This document shows positions 47,093-56,312 of a stretch of DNA of 64,000 nucleotides, in pieces. The translations under genes and the position numbers were made by a program. A model generated the notes under the pieces. The model was not told where the DNA came from and did no database searches. It saw only the letters and a list, made by a program, of their open reading frames with translations. Origin of the DNA: Clostridiales bacterium (lineage in GTDB: Bacteria > Bacillota > Clostridia > Saccharofermentanales > Saccharofermentanaceae); assembly GCA_017615755.1 (NCBI GenBank), contig JAFZZM010000056.1, forward strand, positions 17,052 to 81,051, given 5' to 3'. Position 1 is the first letter of the stretch; each line of letters starts with the position of its first letter.

Positions 47093-47671
47093 TCAAGAAT
47101 TGGTATTGGATGATGCGGATGTCAGTGCTGTATCTGATGGAATTGGCGTTACTGCTTCCGATTCCAACTGAACAGCTGCGGTTGTAGATTCACTAGCGAA
47201 CGGATCATTTCTTGTCAGATCCTCAATATCATCTATGCCGACCATCTGTTTGTATTCTTCGGTATCAAGTTGCGGCATGATCCAACGATATGCCATGATC
47301 AGTATGATCACTATGATACAGGCAACCAGGATCCTGCGGATGATCAAAAGAATTCTTTCTTTTCTGTATTTTCTGTTTACATACTCCTTGGTCGTATATC
47401 CGACAAGTACATATACCTTATGTATGGATTTACGCTTGGGCATACGCTTTTTCTGCGCAATCTTTTCCTTTATCTTAGATGAGATCTTGTTTGGCAAAGA
47501 CTTGAAAAAGTTCAATGTCGTTCTTCCCAGAAACGCGAAAAAACCGAGGAAAGCAAACAGAGCCTTCTCCCACCAGGAATCTGTCTTCGCCCGTTCTTCT
47601 GCCGGAATCTGATCAAGCTCGAGTTCTTCTTCGGTCTCTTCTATTTCGATGTTATTATTCTCGTCGTTCAT
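47093..47671 (-). CDS. Hypothetical two-TM membrane protein with an acidic N-terminus, basic loop and Ser/Thr-rich C-terminus
   Basis: 192-aa ORF with two clear hydrophobic helices. An extended -10 (TGcTATAAT) lies about 25 nt upstream of the start on the minus strand. No family recognised. Confidence 0.6.
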   Translation of the reverse strand: MNDENNNIEIEETEEELELDQIPAEERAKTDSWWEKALFAFLGFFAFLGRTTLNFFKSLPNKISSKIKEKIAQKKRMPKRKSIHKVYVLVGYTTKEYVNRKYRKERILLIIRRILVACIIVIILIMAYRWIMPQLDTEEYKQMVGIDDIEDLTRNDPFASESTTAAVQLESEAVTPIPSDTALTSASSNTNS

Positions 47672-47726
47672 TCTCTTTTTCCTTTATATTCAAAGAGAAT
47701 TATAGCACAACAAGTTTTTTCGTGCA

Positions 47727-47843
47727 TCAAATGCGTAGTATCCTTGCGTATTCAAACATACTTAGAATGGTTAACATGAGCATCCCACAAAGACTAGTTA
47801 TGATGATGCGCAGGATGATCCGGTCAAGCTCGTTTCTTTTCAT
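47727..47843 (-). CDS. Unannotated 38-aa single-TM peptide ORF divergent from lexA
   Basis: ATG at 47843 is preceded by AGGAG plus 6 nt. Translation: MKRNELDRIILRIIITSLCGMLMLTILSMFEYARILRI. Below the ORF-track length cut-off. Confidence 0.45.
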   Translation of the reverse strand: MKRNELDRIILRIIITSLCGMLMLTILSMFEYARILRI

Positions 47844-47867
47844 AAAAATCTCCTGTTCTTCAAAATG

Positions 47868-47881
47868 CGAACAATCGTTTG
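47868..47881. promoter_or_regulatory. LexA (Cheo-like) box in the lexA / small-ORF divergent region
   Basis: CGAACAATCGTTTG is one mismatch from GAAC-N4-GTTC and overlaps the lexA -35. A weaker GAACGAACGGTT on the opposite strand lies at about 47885-47896. Confidence 0.6.
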
Positions 47882-47907
47882 ACAACCGTTCGTTCTAATG
47901 TTAAGAT
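47879..47907 (+). promoter_or_regulatory. lexA promoter
   Basis: TTGACA, 17-nt spacer, TAAGAT. This is the same -10 hexamer as at recA. Confidence 0.65.
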
Positions 47908-47934
47908 AGAAAAAAAGCGTGCGGAGGTTGATTT

Positions 47935-48579
47935 ATGAGCGTTTACAGGTTTACGAAGAGCAATCTGAATGAAACTTTAGAAATCATCTATTCCTTTATC
48001 GTGTCCTACGTCAAGAAGGAGGGTTATCCGCCTTCTGTCCGTGAGATATGCCAAGGAGTAGGAATCAAGTCCACCTCCACTGTCCATGCCCATCTTCATA
48101 GACTAGTGGAGATGGATAAGATCGAATATACTCCCGGCAAACGTCGTGCGATCCAGATCAAGGAAAGCCCTAAGAAGACTTCTCTTGCCATGACTACCAC
48201 CAAGATTCCTCTTGTCGGTACAGTCACAGCCGGTGTTCCGATTCTTGCCGAGGAGAATATTGACAGTTATATGTCCTTCCCTGCCGAGTATTTCAGTACT
48301 TCTGATTACTTCATGCTTAAGGTCAGAGGCGACAGTATGATCAATGCTCACATCATGGATGGAGACTATGTCATTGTCCGTCGTGATAACATGGCCAATA
48401 TGAATCAGATCATCGTTGCGCTTATCGGTAACGAAGCTACCGTTAAGAGATTAGCCTATAAGGGCGGTCATGCTCTTCTTCTTCCGGAAAACCCCGCCTA
48501 TTCCCCGATACCGTTCGAGGACGACGACTGCCGTATCCTGGGTGTTGTCGACGGCGTGTTCCGTACCAAGGTAAACTAA
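47935..48579 (+). CDS. lexA: SOS repressor LexA
   Basis: N-terminal winged HTH, Ala-Gly cleavage site (VTAGVP), catalytic GDSM and VKRL. Confidence 0.96.
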   Translation: MSVYRFTKSNLNETLEIIYSFIVSYVKKEGYPPSVREICQGVGIKSTSTVHAHLHRLVEMDKIEYTPGKRRAIQIKESPKKTSLAMTTTKIPLVGTVTAGVPILAEENIDSYMSFPAEYFSTSDYFMLKVRGDSMINAHIMDGDYVIVRRDNMANMNQIIVALIGNEATVKRLAYKGGHALLLPENPAYSPIPFEDDDCRILGVVDGVFRTKVN

Positions 48580-48581
48580 CC

Positions 48582-48965
48582 TTACTCTTCAATCAATAAC
48601 GACTCTTCATCTGGAATCTGACTCATCTCCCCTTCCGGGATCACGAGTCTTTTTCCATTTCTGGGGGAAATATAGTTGATCGAGTGTTTATAGATAAGCA
48701 GCTGCGTCATCTCATTATGAAGGACGATCGTATCTTTATCGTAGCAATCGATTACTCCATCGATGATCTCCCCTGACTGCGTTACAACTTCTACACTGGT
48801 GTACTCTTTCCTGCACACATTAAGGAAGATTTCATGTGCATGGATAGGCGTGCGTGGAGAAGGCTGATTTCGCACTTTGATCGTGTTTTTCCCGGGACTC
48901 GGACGCGGTTTGCGTACCACATTACGGTTCATGGTTGTCGTGTTCTTTACGATTGTTTTCATCAT
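48582..48965 (-). CDS. hfq: Hfq-like Sm-fold RNA chaperone with a basic N-terminal extension of about 45 aa
   Basis: EIFLNVCRKEYTSVEVVTQSGEIIDGVIDCYDKDTIVLHNEMTQLLIYKHSINYISP aligns with Bacillus and E. coli Hfq, including the YKH(A/S)I Sm2 motif. Lies downstream of miaA. AGGAGGG sits 6 nt before the ATG. Confidence 0.8.
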   Translation of the reverse strand: MMKTIVKNTTTMNRNVVRKPRPSPGKNTIKVRNQPSPRTPIHAHEIFLNVCRKEYTSVEVVTQSGEIIDGVIDCYDKDTIVLHNEMTQLLIYKHSINYISPRNGKRLVIPEGEMSQIPDEESLLIEE

Positions 48966-49070
48966 TTGGATCCCTCCTATATTTTTCTTGTGAAAAAATA
49001 GTATCACGGATGGGACCAATAGTCTTGACACTATAAGCACAGTTTTATACTTCAAAAGTATATTTCGGCC

Positions 49071-50009
49071 TTATAAGTATGATTTTACGTTATAATCTTT
49101 GATTTGATCAAACGGGATCCAGTTGATCCCCTCCATATGACGAAACCAGGTCAGCTGACGTTTTGCATAATTTCGGGTATGCTGCTTCAATAGTTCGATA
49201 CAATCGTTAAGTTCACACCTATCCTCAAAATACGGGAAGAATTCCTTGTATCCGATTGCCTGAAGAGCGGTGGCATTTGTGTATTTCTGATCGTAAAGCC
49301 ACTTGGCTTCTTCAAGAAGGCCTTCTTCCATCATATGATCAACACGAAGATTGGCACGCTCGTAGAGGACATCTCGTGGCCAATCAATACAAAACAGCGT
49401 AAACGGATAACGAGGTCCATCCTTCAGCGAAGATTCGTGGATCTCCTCTGTTGTTTTTCCCAAAGATTCGCATAGCGCCAGCGTATGGATGACGCGCTTG
49501 GTGTTGTTCGGATGGATCTTGGTAGCTGCGATAGGATCGAGTTTAGAAAGCTTCTCAAAAAGCACTTCTATTCCATTCTTTCTATACTCTTCCCAGTACA
49601 TCTCTTCCAGTTCGTGATCGACCGGAGCCTCTTCAAAAGAGATACCTTTCTGCAGTGCTGTTACGTATTGTCCCGTACCGCCACAGAACACGGGAAGGAT
49701 ATGAGACGAGAGAAGTTCTTCGACTTTTGCGTAGGCAACATCCAGATAAGATGAAACATGAAATGGCGTATCCGGCTCCACAAGATCGATCAGATGATGT
49801 GGAACCATAGCCTGTTCTTCTTCAGTAGGTTTCGCCGTCCCGATGGAAAGATGCTTATAGATCTGCATGGAATCACAGCAACAGATCTGTCCGGAAAGCT
49901 CTTGAGCAACACGGATAGAGAGCGCTGTCTTTCCACTGGCCGTAGGGCCGCAGATAACGGGTATGCTTTTGTATCCTGTTGATTCAAACAGTCTCTGTGC
50001 GTTATCCAT
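49071..50009 (-). CDS. miaA: tRNA dimethylallyltransferase
   Basis: P-loop GPTASGKTALS, then DSMQIYK...IGTAKPT. Confidence 0.95.
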   Translation of the reverse strand: MDNAQRLFESTGYKSIPVICGPTASGKTALSIRVAQELSGQICCCDSMQIYKHLSIGTAKPTEEEQAMVPHHLIDLVEPDTPFHVSSYLDVAYAKVEELLSSHILPVFCGGTGQYVTALQKGISFEEAPVDHELEEMYWEEYRKNGIEVLFEKLSKLDPIAATKIHPNNTKRVIHTLALCESLGKTTEEIHESSLKDGPRYPFTLFCIDWPRDVLYERANLRVDHMMEEGLLEEAKWLYDQKYTNATALQAIGYKEFFPYFEDRCELNDCIELLKQHTRNYAKRQLTWFRHMEGINWIPFDQIKDYNVKSYL

Positions 50010-50017
50010 AAATCACC

Positions 50018-51997
50018 TTACACGATTCGCTTAAACTCTTTCTCGATCTCCGTCTGGGAAAGCCTTATCAATATCGGTCGACCATGCGGGCAATGATACG
50101 GATCGCGAAGCTTGGAAAGCTGCTCGATCAAGCCCTGGATCTCGATATCGTGGAGTTTGTCATGGCCTTTTACTGCCGCCTTACAGGCACTGGTGGCCAA
50201 AGACAAGATCAATGCATCTTTCTGAGTCTTGCTGGCGTGCATCCATTCATCTACCATGTCAATGAAAGATTCACGTACAGAATCCGGCTCTATCTGTGCC
50301 GGGATAGCACGAATTGCAAGATCGTTATCGCCCATGGACGTGATCTCAAAACCAAGATCTGTCAGTTGAGTCATATTCTCTTCAATGAAAGAAATATCCG
50401 AACGGGACATGGAAATGATGACCGGGCTCAAAAGCGGCTGGGATACGATTTCTTTCTTTTGTTCCCTATCTACCAGTTTCTCATAGAGGATCTTCTCGTG
50501 TGCCGCGTGCTGGTCGATCATGAGAAGATTCTTGTCCGGTGACTCCATCAAGATATATGTATCAAAGAGCGTGCCAATCACACGTGATGAAAGTAGTTCG
50601 GAAATACTCTCCTCTTTCGGAGAAACTGCAGTTACGGGAAGTTCAGGCTGAGTGAACTCTTCTTTCGGAGTTTCTTCAGGAAGCGGGGCAACAGTAATAT
50701 CCTGTTCCGGGAAAGGCGTTTCCTGCTGCTCTTGTATCGTTTTTTCCTCCTGAGGCTTCGTTACGGAATATGCGGGGCTTGTCTCATGCATAGACTTATC
50801 CGCATAGTAAGCATTCTGGTAGCCAATAGAAGATGTATAATCCTTCGGCGCAACGATTGGTGCAACAGGGCGTGAAATCGGCGTCACAGGCTTGGAAACA
50901 GATGAAGATTCGGAAACAGGCGCTTGGACAGAAGAAACCTCTTCTCTTTTCGGTTCCGGCGTCTTCTCTTCTATTTCGTTCTTAGAGAAGGAGTAGTCCA
51001 CACTCATGGATTCCTGTGCCAGTGTATTTACAATGGCATGGTAAACTGCCCGATAGATCACGGATTCGTTCGAAAAGCGCACCTCTGCTTTTTGCGGGTG
51101 TACATTGACATCCAGTTCGCCGGACGGCATCAGGATGTCCAGGATCACAAAGGCATATTTGCCCTTCATGAGCATATTTGTGTAGGCCGCATCAATAGCA
51201 GCAGTAATCGTCTTGGAACGGATCAAGCGCTGGTTCACGAATATGATCTGCTCTGAGCGGGATGCTCTGGAAATATGCGGAAGACCGGCAAAGCCTTTTA
51301 CTGTAATACCATCGATCGTGCAATCGATAGGACGGCAATTATTGACGATTTCTTTTCCATATACGGAATAAAGCGCGGATGCAGGATCACAGTTTCCGGG
51401 GCTGTTCAGGATCGTCTTTCCGTTCTTGATAAACTTGAACGAAATGTCGGTGTGGCAAAGAATGAAGCGCTCTACCAGGACCTGAATATAGTTCGCTTCG
51501 GTCTGGTCCTTTTTCAGGAATTTGAAACGAGCCGGGAGATTATAGAACAGATCACTGACTTCTACTGTAGTTCCGGATGGAACACCAACCGGAGTACAGG
51601 AGATAAACTGACCACCTTCGTATTTGACACAGGTACCCTTATCCGCTAAGGGTTCTTTTGTGGTAAGCGTGACCTTAGCGGCAGCGGAAATACTGGCCAG
51701 AGCCTCTCCGCGGAAGCCCATGGAGTGAAGTGAAAACAGTTCATCAAGTGAGGTGATCTTACTTGTTGCGTGACAGGTAAATGCATTTTTCGCATCTTCT
51801 TCATCCATGCCGCAGCCATTATCACGGACGCGGATGAAAGTGATGCCACCATCTTTGATTTCTACCGTGATCTGCGTGGCACCGGCATCGATGGAGTTCT
51901 CCATCAGTTCTTTTACTATAGACATAGGACGCTCGATGACTTCACCTGCAGCAATGGCGTTGGCAGTAGCGGCGTCAAGTACATGGATTCTGGACAT
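50018..51997 (-). CDS. mutL: DNA mismatch repair protein MutL (endonuclease type)
   Basis: GHKL ATPase N-terminus (AAGEVIERP...ENSIDAG), the endonuclease motif DQHAAHEKILYE, and a clamp-binding-like QPLLSP. Confidence 0.96.
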   Translation of the reverse strand: MSRIHVLDAATANAIAAGEVIERPMSIVKELMENSIDAGATQITVEIKDGGITFIRVRDNGCGMDEEDAKNAFTCHATSKITSLDELFSLHSMGFRGEALASISAAAKVTLTTKEPLADKGTCVKYEGGQFISCTPVGVPSGTTVEVSDLFYNLPARFKFLKKDQTEANYIQVLVERFILCHTDISFKFIKNGKTILNSPGNCDPASALYSVYGKEIVNNCRPIDCTIDGITVKGFAGLPHISRASRSEQIIFVNQRLIRSKTITAAIDAAYTNMLMKGKYAFVILDILMPSGELDVNVHPQKAEVRFSNESVIYRAVYHAIVNTLAQESMSVDYSFSKNEIEEKTPEPKREEVSSVQAPVSESSSVSKPVTPISRPVAPIVAPKDYTSSIGYQNAYYADKSMHETSPAYSVTKPQEEKTIQEQQETPFPEQDITVAPLPEETPKEEFTQPELPVTAVSPKEESISELLSSRVIGTLFDTYILMESPDKNLLMIDQHAAHEKILYEKLVDREQKKEIVSQPLLSPVIISMSRSDISFIEENMTQLTDLGFEITSMGDNDLAIRAIPAQIEPDSVRESFIDMVDEWMHASKTQKDALILSLATSACKAAVKGHDKLHDIEIQGLIEQLSKLRDPYHCPHGRPILIRLSQTEIEKEFKRIV

Positions 51998-54708
51998 TAC
52001 GTATCTCCTTTCGCTTTTTCGATGAGAGAATAAAGTATGTTCATCGCCTCCAATGGTGTGATTGTTGAGATATCCAGATTGATCAGTTCATTCCGTAGAG
52101 TTTCACTTCCGGAGGACGAAGAACCTTTTGGTGCAAAGATCGGAAGCTGCCCGGAAAGAGGCGCTTCGAAGCTTCCCGAATCAGAGGAATCAGATGCATA
52201 TGTGATCGACATCTTCTTCATATTCTCCAGTTCAGAAAGAATGATATTGGCGCGGTCTACGACATCGATCGGAACACCGGCCAGGCGTGCTACTTCAATA
52301 CCGTAACTGTCGGAGGTTCCGCCGTCTGAGATCTTATGGAGAAAATGGACCTCTTTGTCCTTCTCCTCGACTTCAACGTGCGAATTGTAAACACCTTCGA
52401 TCGTCTTTTCGAGCTGGTTCAACTCGTGATAATGCGTAGCAAATATGGTTCTGGCAAACATAATGGAGCGGTTTGCAATAAACTCGATGATCGCCCAGGC
52501 AATGGCCAGACCGTCATAGGTACTGGTACCGCGGCCGACTTCATCAAGTAACAGCAGGCTTCTATATGTGCCGTTCCTGAGGATAGTGGATACTTCGTTC
52601 ATTTCAACCATGAACGTGGATTGTCCGAGAGAGATATCGTCCGAAGCGCCGATTCTGGTGAAGATACGGTCAACGATACCGATATGCGCAGAGGTCGCCG
52701 GAACAAAACTTCCGATCTGGGCCATAAGAACGATCAGCGCGGTCTGACGCATATAGGTCGATTTACCGGCCATGTTCGGGCCTGTCAGGATCATGATCCT
52801 CTTCGAATCCTGATTCATGTGGATTCCGTTCGGTACGAATTCTCCCTCTTTCAACATCTTTTCAACGACCGGATGACGACCTTCTTCGATCTCAAGAACA
52901 GAAGAATCGTCAATGACCGGACGGCAGTAGTTATTTCTTTCAGCAAGTTCACCCAGGGACATGATGACGTCCAGCAAGGATAATGCAGAAGCGACTTTAA
53001 AGAGACGATGAACTTCGGAAGCGATCTTTTCACGAATCTCGCAGAACAACTCATATTCGAGATTGATGAGCTTGGCGGTTGCGCCGACTATGGATTCCTC
53101 CACCTTTTTCATCTCTTCCGTGATATAGCGTTCACCGGTCGTCAGCGTCTGCTTACGGATATAATGCTCCGGTACCAGATGTACGTTCCCTTTGGAAACT
53201 TCGATATAGTAACCGAATACCTTGTTATAACTGATCTTGAGGTTCTTGATACCTGTCGCTTCGCGTTCCTTTGCTTCCATTTCCAGAATGATGGACTTAC
53301 CGTCTTTGGAAGCATGACGAAGCGTATCTGCCTCTTCGTGATATCCTTCTTTGATGATGCCGCCTTCTTTAATGGAGATCGGCGGATCTTCGGCCAGCGA
53401 ACGGTCAAGAAGATCGTAGATATCAGAAAGATCTTCAAGATCTTCGTAGGCTTTTCCGAGAATGCCCTTCGTGAATCCTGCCGCACACTGACGCAGGTAC
53501 GGAAGCTTTGCCAACGTATTTCTCAGGCAAAGAAGATCTCTCGCATTTACGGAAGACAACGAGATACGGCTGGCCAGTCTTTCAATGTCGTAGACGCCTT
53601 GCAGCGCCTCGCGGAGTTCCTGTCTGGCCATGAAGTTTTCTTTCGCCTGCTCTACGGCATCGAGTCGTTCCTGGATCCTTGTGATATCGATCAACGGCTC
53701 CTCAATAAACTGACGGAGCATACGACCACCCATGGACGTTTCTGTCAGATCGATCGCCCAGAGAAGGCTTCCCTTCTTGGACTTCGAACGGATCGTAGAC
53801 GTGATCTCAAGATTCGTTCTTGTCGATACATCAAGTTCCATCGTATCTGAGATCTCGAAGATCCTGGCTTCCGAAAAATGCGTAACACAGGATTGTTGTG
53901 TCTCATCAAGATAAGCCAGCACAGCATCGATCGCCGAAATCAGAAGCATGTTCTTCGCTTCGTCGGCAAAAGAACTCTTGCTCTTCTTCGATTTCGTCTG
54001 AGGTGCTTTTTTGTATGCTTCCGGCAGAACACGTTCGGACAGACCGCTTCGGAAATCCTCGTTTGGACGAAGTGTCACGGATGAAACGAGATTATCGGAA
54101 ATATAGGAAAACAGAGGATCTTTTACGAAATCCTCGTTATAGATCAACTCAGAGGCACGGTATTTGGATAAGAGATTTACCAGATGGGAAGCCGTGTTTC
54201 CGCTGATCAATTGTGTTGCCTCGATGACACCTGTAGTAATATCCGCAGAGGCAACACCATATTGCATACCTACCTTATAGATGCCCACAAGATAGTTATT
54301 CTTCTTATCGTCCAGACCGCTGGTATCGGTCACGGTACCCGGAGTCAGAACACGAGTGATGGAACGCTTGACGAGTCCTTTTGCCAAGGCAGGATCTTCC
54401 ATCTGCTCACAGATCGCCACTTTATATCCCTGTGTGACAAGGCGCTGCATGTAGGACGAAGCCGAGTGATGCGGAACACCGCACATAGGTGCACGCTTCT
54501 CCAGGCCGCAGTCACGAGATGTCAGCGTCAACTCAAGAAGGCGCGACACCATGATGGCATCGTCAAAAAACATCTCGTAAAAGTCACCAAGACGGAACAT
54601 CAGGATGGCATCTTTTGCCAGATGCTTCATCTCGAAATACTGACGCATCATCGGAGAAAGATCCGAAGCATTTACGCTGCTATATGTTAAAAGCTCATCG
54701 TTATCCAT
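51997..54708 (-). CDS. mutS: DNA mismatch repair protein MutS
   Basis: N-terminal TPMMRQY-type motif (SPMMRQYFE), Walker A GPNMAGKST, DEVGRGTST, and a clamp-binding-like QLPIF near the C-terminus. Confidence 0.97.
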   Translation of the reverse strand: MDNDELLTYSSVNASDLSPMMRQYFEMKHLAKDAILMFRLGDFYEMFFDDAIMVSRLLELTLTSRDCGLEKRAPMCGVPHHSASSYMQRLVTQGYKVAICEQMEDPALAKGLVKRSITRVLTPGTVTDTSGLDDKKNNYLVGIYKVGMQYGVASADITTGVIEATQLISGNTASHLVNLLSKYRASELIYNEDFVKDPLFSYISDNLVSSVTLRPNEDFRSGLSERVLPEAYKKAPQTKSKKSKSSFADEAKNMLLISAIDAVLAYLDETQQSCVTHFSEARIFEISDTMELDVSTRTNLEITSTIRSKSKKGSLLWAIDLTETSMGGRMLRQFIEEPLIDITRIQERLDAVEQAKENFMARQELREALQGVYDIERLASRISLSSVNARDLLCLRNTLAKLPYLRQCAAGFTKGILGKAYEDLEDLSDIYDLLDRSLAEDPPISIKEGGIIKEGYHEEADTLRHASKDGKSIILEMEAKEREATGIKNLKISYNKVFGYYIEVSKGNVHLVPEHYIRKQTLTTGERYITEEMKKVEESIVGATAKLINLEYELFCEIREKIASEVHRLFKVASALSLLDVIMSLGELAERNNYCRPVIDDSSVLEIEEGRHPVVEKMLKEGEFVPNGIHMNQDSKRIMILTGPNMAGKSTYMRQTALIVLMAQIGSFVPATSAHIGIVDRIFTRIGASDDISLGQSTFMVEMNEVSTILRNGTYRSLLLLDEVGRGTSTYDGLAIAWAIIEFIANRSIMFARTIFATHYHELNQLEKTIEGVYNSHVEVEEKDKEVHFLHKISDGGTSDSYGIEVARLAGVPIDVVDRANIILSELENMKKMSITYASDSSDSGSFEAPLSGQLPIFAPKGSSSSGSETLRNELINLDISTITPLEAMNILYSLIEKAKGDT

Positions 54709-56194
54709 CTATAAAACTCTCCAGTTCTCCTTCTACCGAAAATGGTCTTGCACCGGTAAGTTTGACCATGGCCAAGACTCCCTCAAACTGATTGGCGTCA
54801 AAAGACGGATCGGATGTATCGATGACTTTTCCCTGATATTTTATCCCTTCAGGAATGGAAAAGTTAACAAGCCGGTTCGATCTTGTACGACCGGTCAGGA
54901 TATTGTACGCAGTAGCACTTCTTCCCTCGATGAGGATCTCTTCAGTCGTGCCGATTACGGAACGGTTTGATTCAAATGTCAGTTCATTCTGTAATTCAAG
55001 AAGTCTTCCGAAACGCTCTGTCACTATATCCTGCGGTATCTGATCCGGCATAGAAGCCGCCTTCGTACCGGGCCTCTTGGAGTACTGGAATGTAAAAGCA
55101 CTGTCGAACTTACACTTCTTTATGACTTCCAGTGTCTGCTGGAAATCTTCTTCCGTCTCGCCCGGGAAACCGACGATGATATCGGTCGTCAATGTTGCAT
55201 CCGGCAGGCATTCTCGGAACTTCAATGCCGTTTTTAGGAACTGGGCCTGATCATAATGACGGTTCATGTTCTTTAAGATCCGGTCACTTCCGGACTGCAT
55301 AGGAAGATGCAGATGACGCTCGATATTCGGATACTTCTGCATCGTGTAGATGACCTCGTCCGAAATATCCTTCGGATGGGAAGTCATAAAACGGATGCGT
55401 GAAAAGCCCTTGATCCGGGCTGCTTTTTCCAGAAGCTCGGCAAAAGAAATCTCTTCTTCTCTGTCTTTTCCATAGGAATTGACGTTCTGTCCGAGAAGCA
55501 TGACCTCCTGATACCCCTGGGAAGCCAATTCTTCAAGCTGTTTCAGGATCATGCCGGACTCACGGGAACGTTCACGGCCTCGAGTGTATGGAACAACGCA
55601 GTATGTGCAAAAGTTATTGCATCCGTACATGATTGGAACCAGTGCGCGGAACTTTCTCTTTCTCTTTACCGGAATGCAGTTATCTTCCACAAGATAATCT
55701 TCTTCCGAAATTGAGAATACACGTTTTCTCTGATTCAGTTTCTTTTCCAGAATAGATGGGAAAAGATGGATATCTGCCGGTCCGAAACAAGCATCGACGA
55801 ACGGGAAACTCTTCTTGATCTTGTCGACGTTCTCCTGCTGTTTCATCATGCAACCGCAAACGGCAATGAACATATCGGGATTCTGGATCTTCCAGGTCTT
55901 GTACATACCGAGATTTCCGAAAAGACGGACATCGGCATTTTCTCGGATCGTGCAGGTGTTCAAAAGGAGAAAATCCGGTGCTTCGTTTTCTTCGGCCTCA
56001 ATAAGACCGATGTCCTGGAACACGCCGGCAAGTTTCTCGCTATCTGCTTCATTTAACTGGCAACCATAGGTGCGGATAAAGTAAGTCAGAGTTCTGCCCT
56101 TCTCTTCTGCGCGGGCGGAGATCTCATTTTTCAGATACGCAAGAATAGAGTTATAGCGCAATATCTCATCTTGCGATACAATAACAGTTGACAC
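54701..56194 (-). CDS. miaB: tRNA-i6A37 methylthiotransferase MiaB
   Basis: TYGCQLN, NTCTIRE, radical-SAM CNNFCTYC, TRAM domain. The GTG start is as given by the track, so the start is uncertain. Confidence 0.92.
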   Translation of the reverse strand: MSTVIVSQDEILRYNSILAYLKNEISARAEEKGRTLTYFIRTYGCQLNEADSEKLAGVFQDIGLIEAEENEAPDFLLLNTCTIRENADVRLFGNLGMYKTWKIQNPDMFIAVCGCMMKQQENVDKIKKSFPFVDACFGPADIHLFPSILEKKLNQRKRVFSISEEDYLVEDNCIPVKRKRKFRALVPIMYGCNNFCTYCVVPYTRGRERSRESGMILKQLEELASQGYQEVMLLGQNVNSYGKDREEEISFAELLEKAARIKGFSRIRFMTSHPKDISDEVIYTMQKYPNIERHLHLPMQSGSDRILKNMNRHYDQAQFLKTALKFRECLPDATLTTDIIVGFPGETEEDFQQTLEVIKKCKFDSAFTFQYSKRPGTKAASMPDQIPQDIVTERFGRLLELQNELTFESNRSVIGTTEEILIEGRSATAYNILTGRTRSNRLVNFSIPEGIKYQGKVIDTSDPSFDANQFEGVLAMVKLTGARPFSVEGELESFIDG

Positions 56195-56312
56195 GTAAAT
56201 TACCTCGATTTCTACTTCGATTTATTTTCGTATTTTTTGACTCTTTAATGATACATGAAGAATCGGGTTTTGTGAATGAAATAACGTGTAAAACTTTGCA
56301 ATTGGGTGGGGC

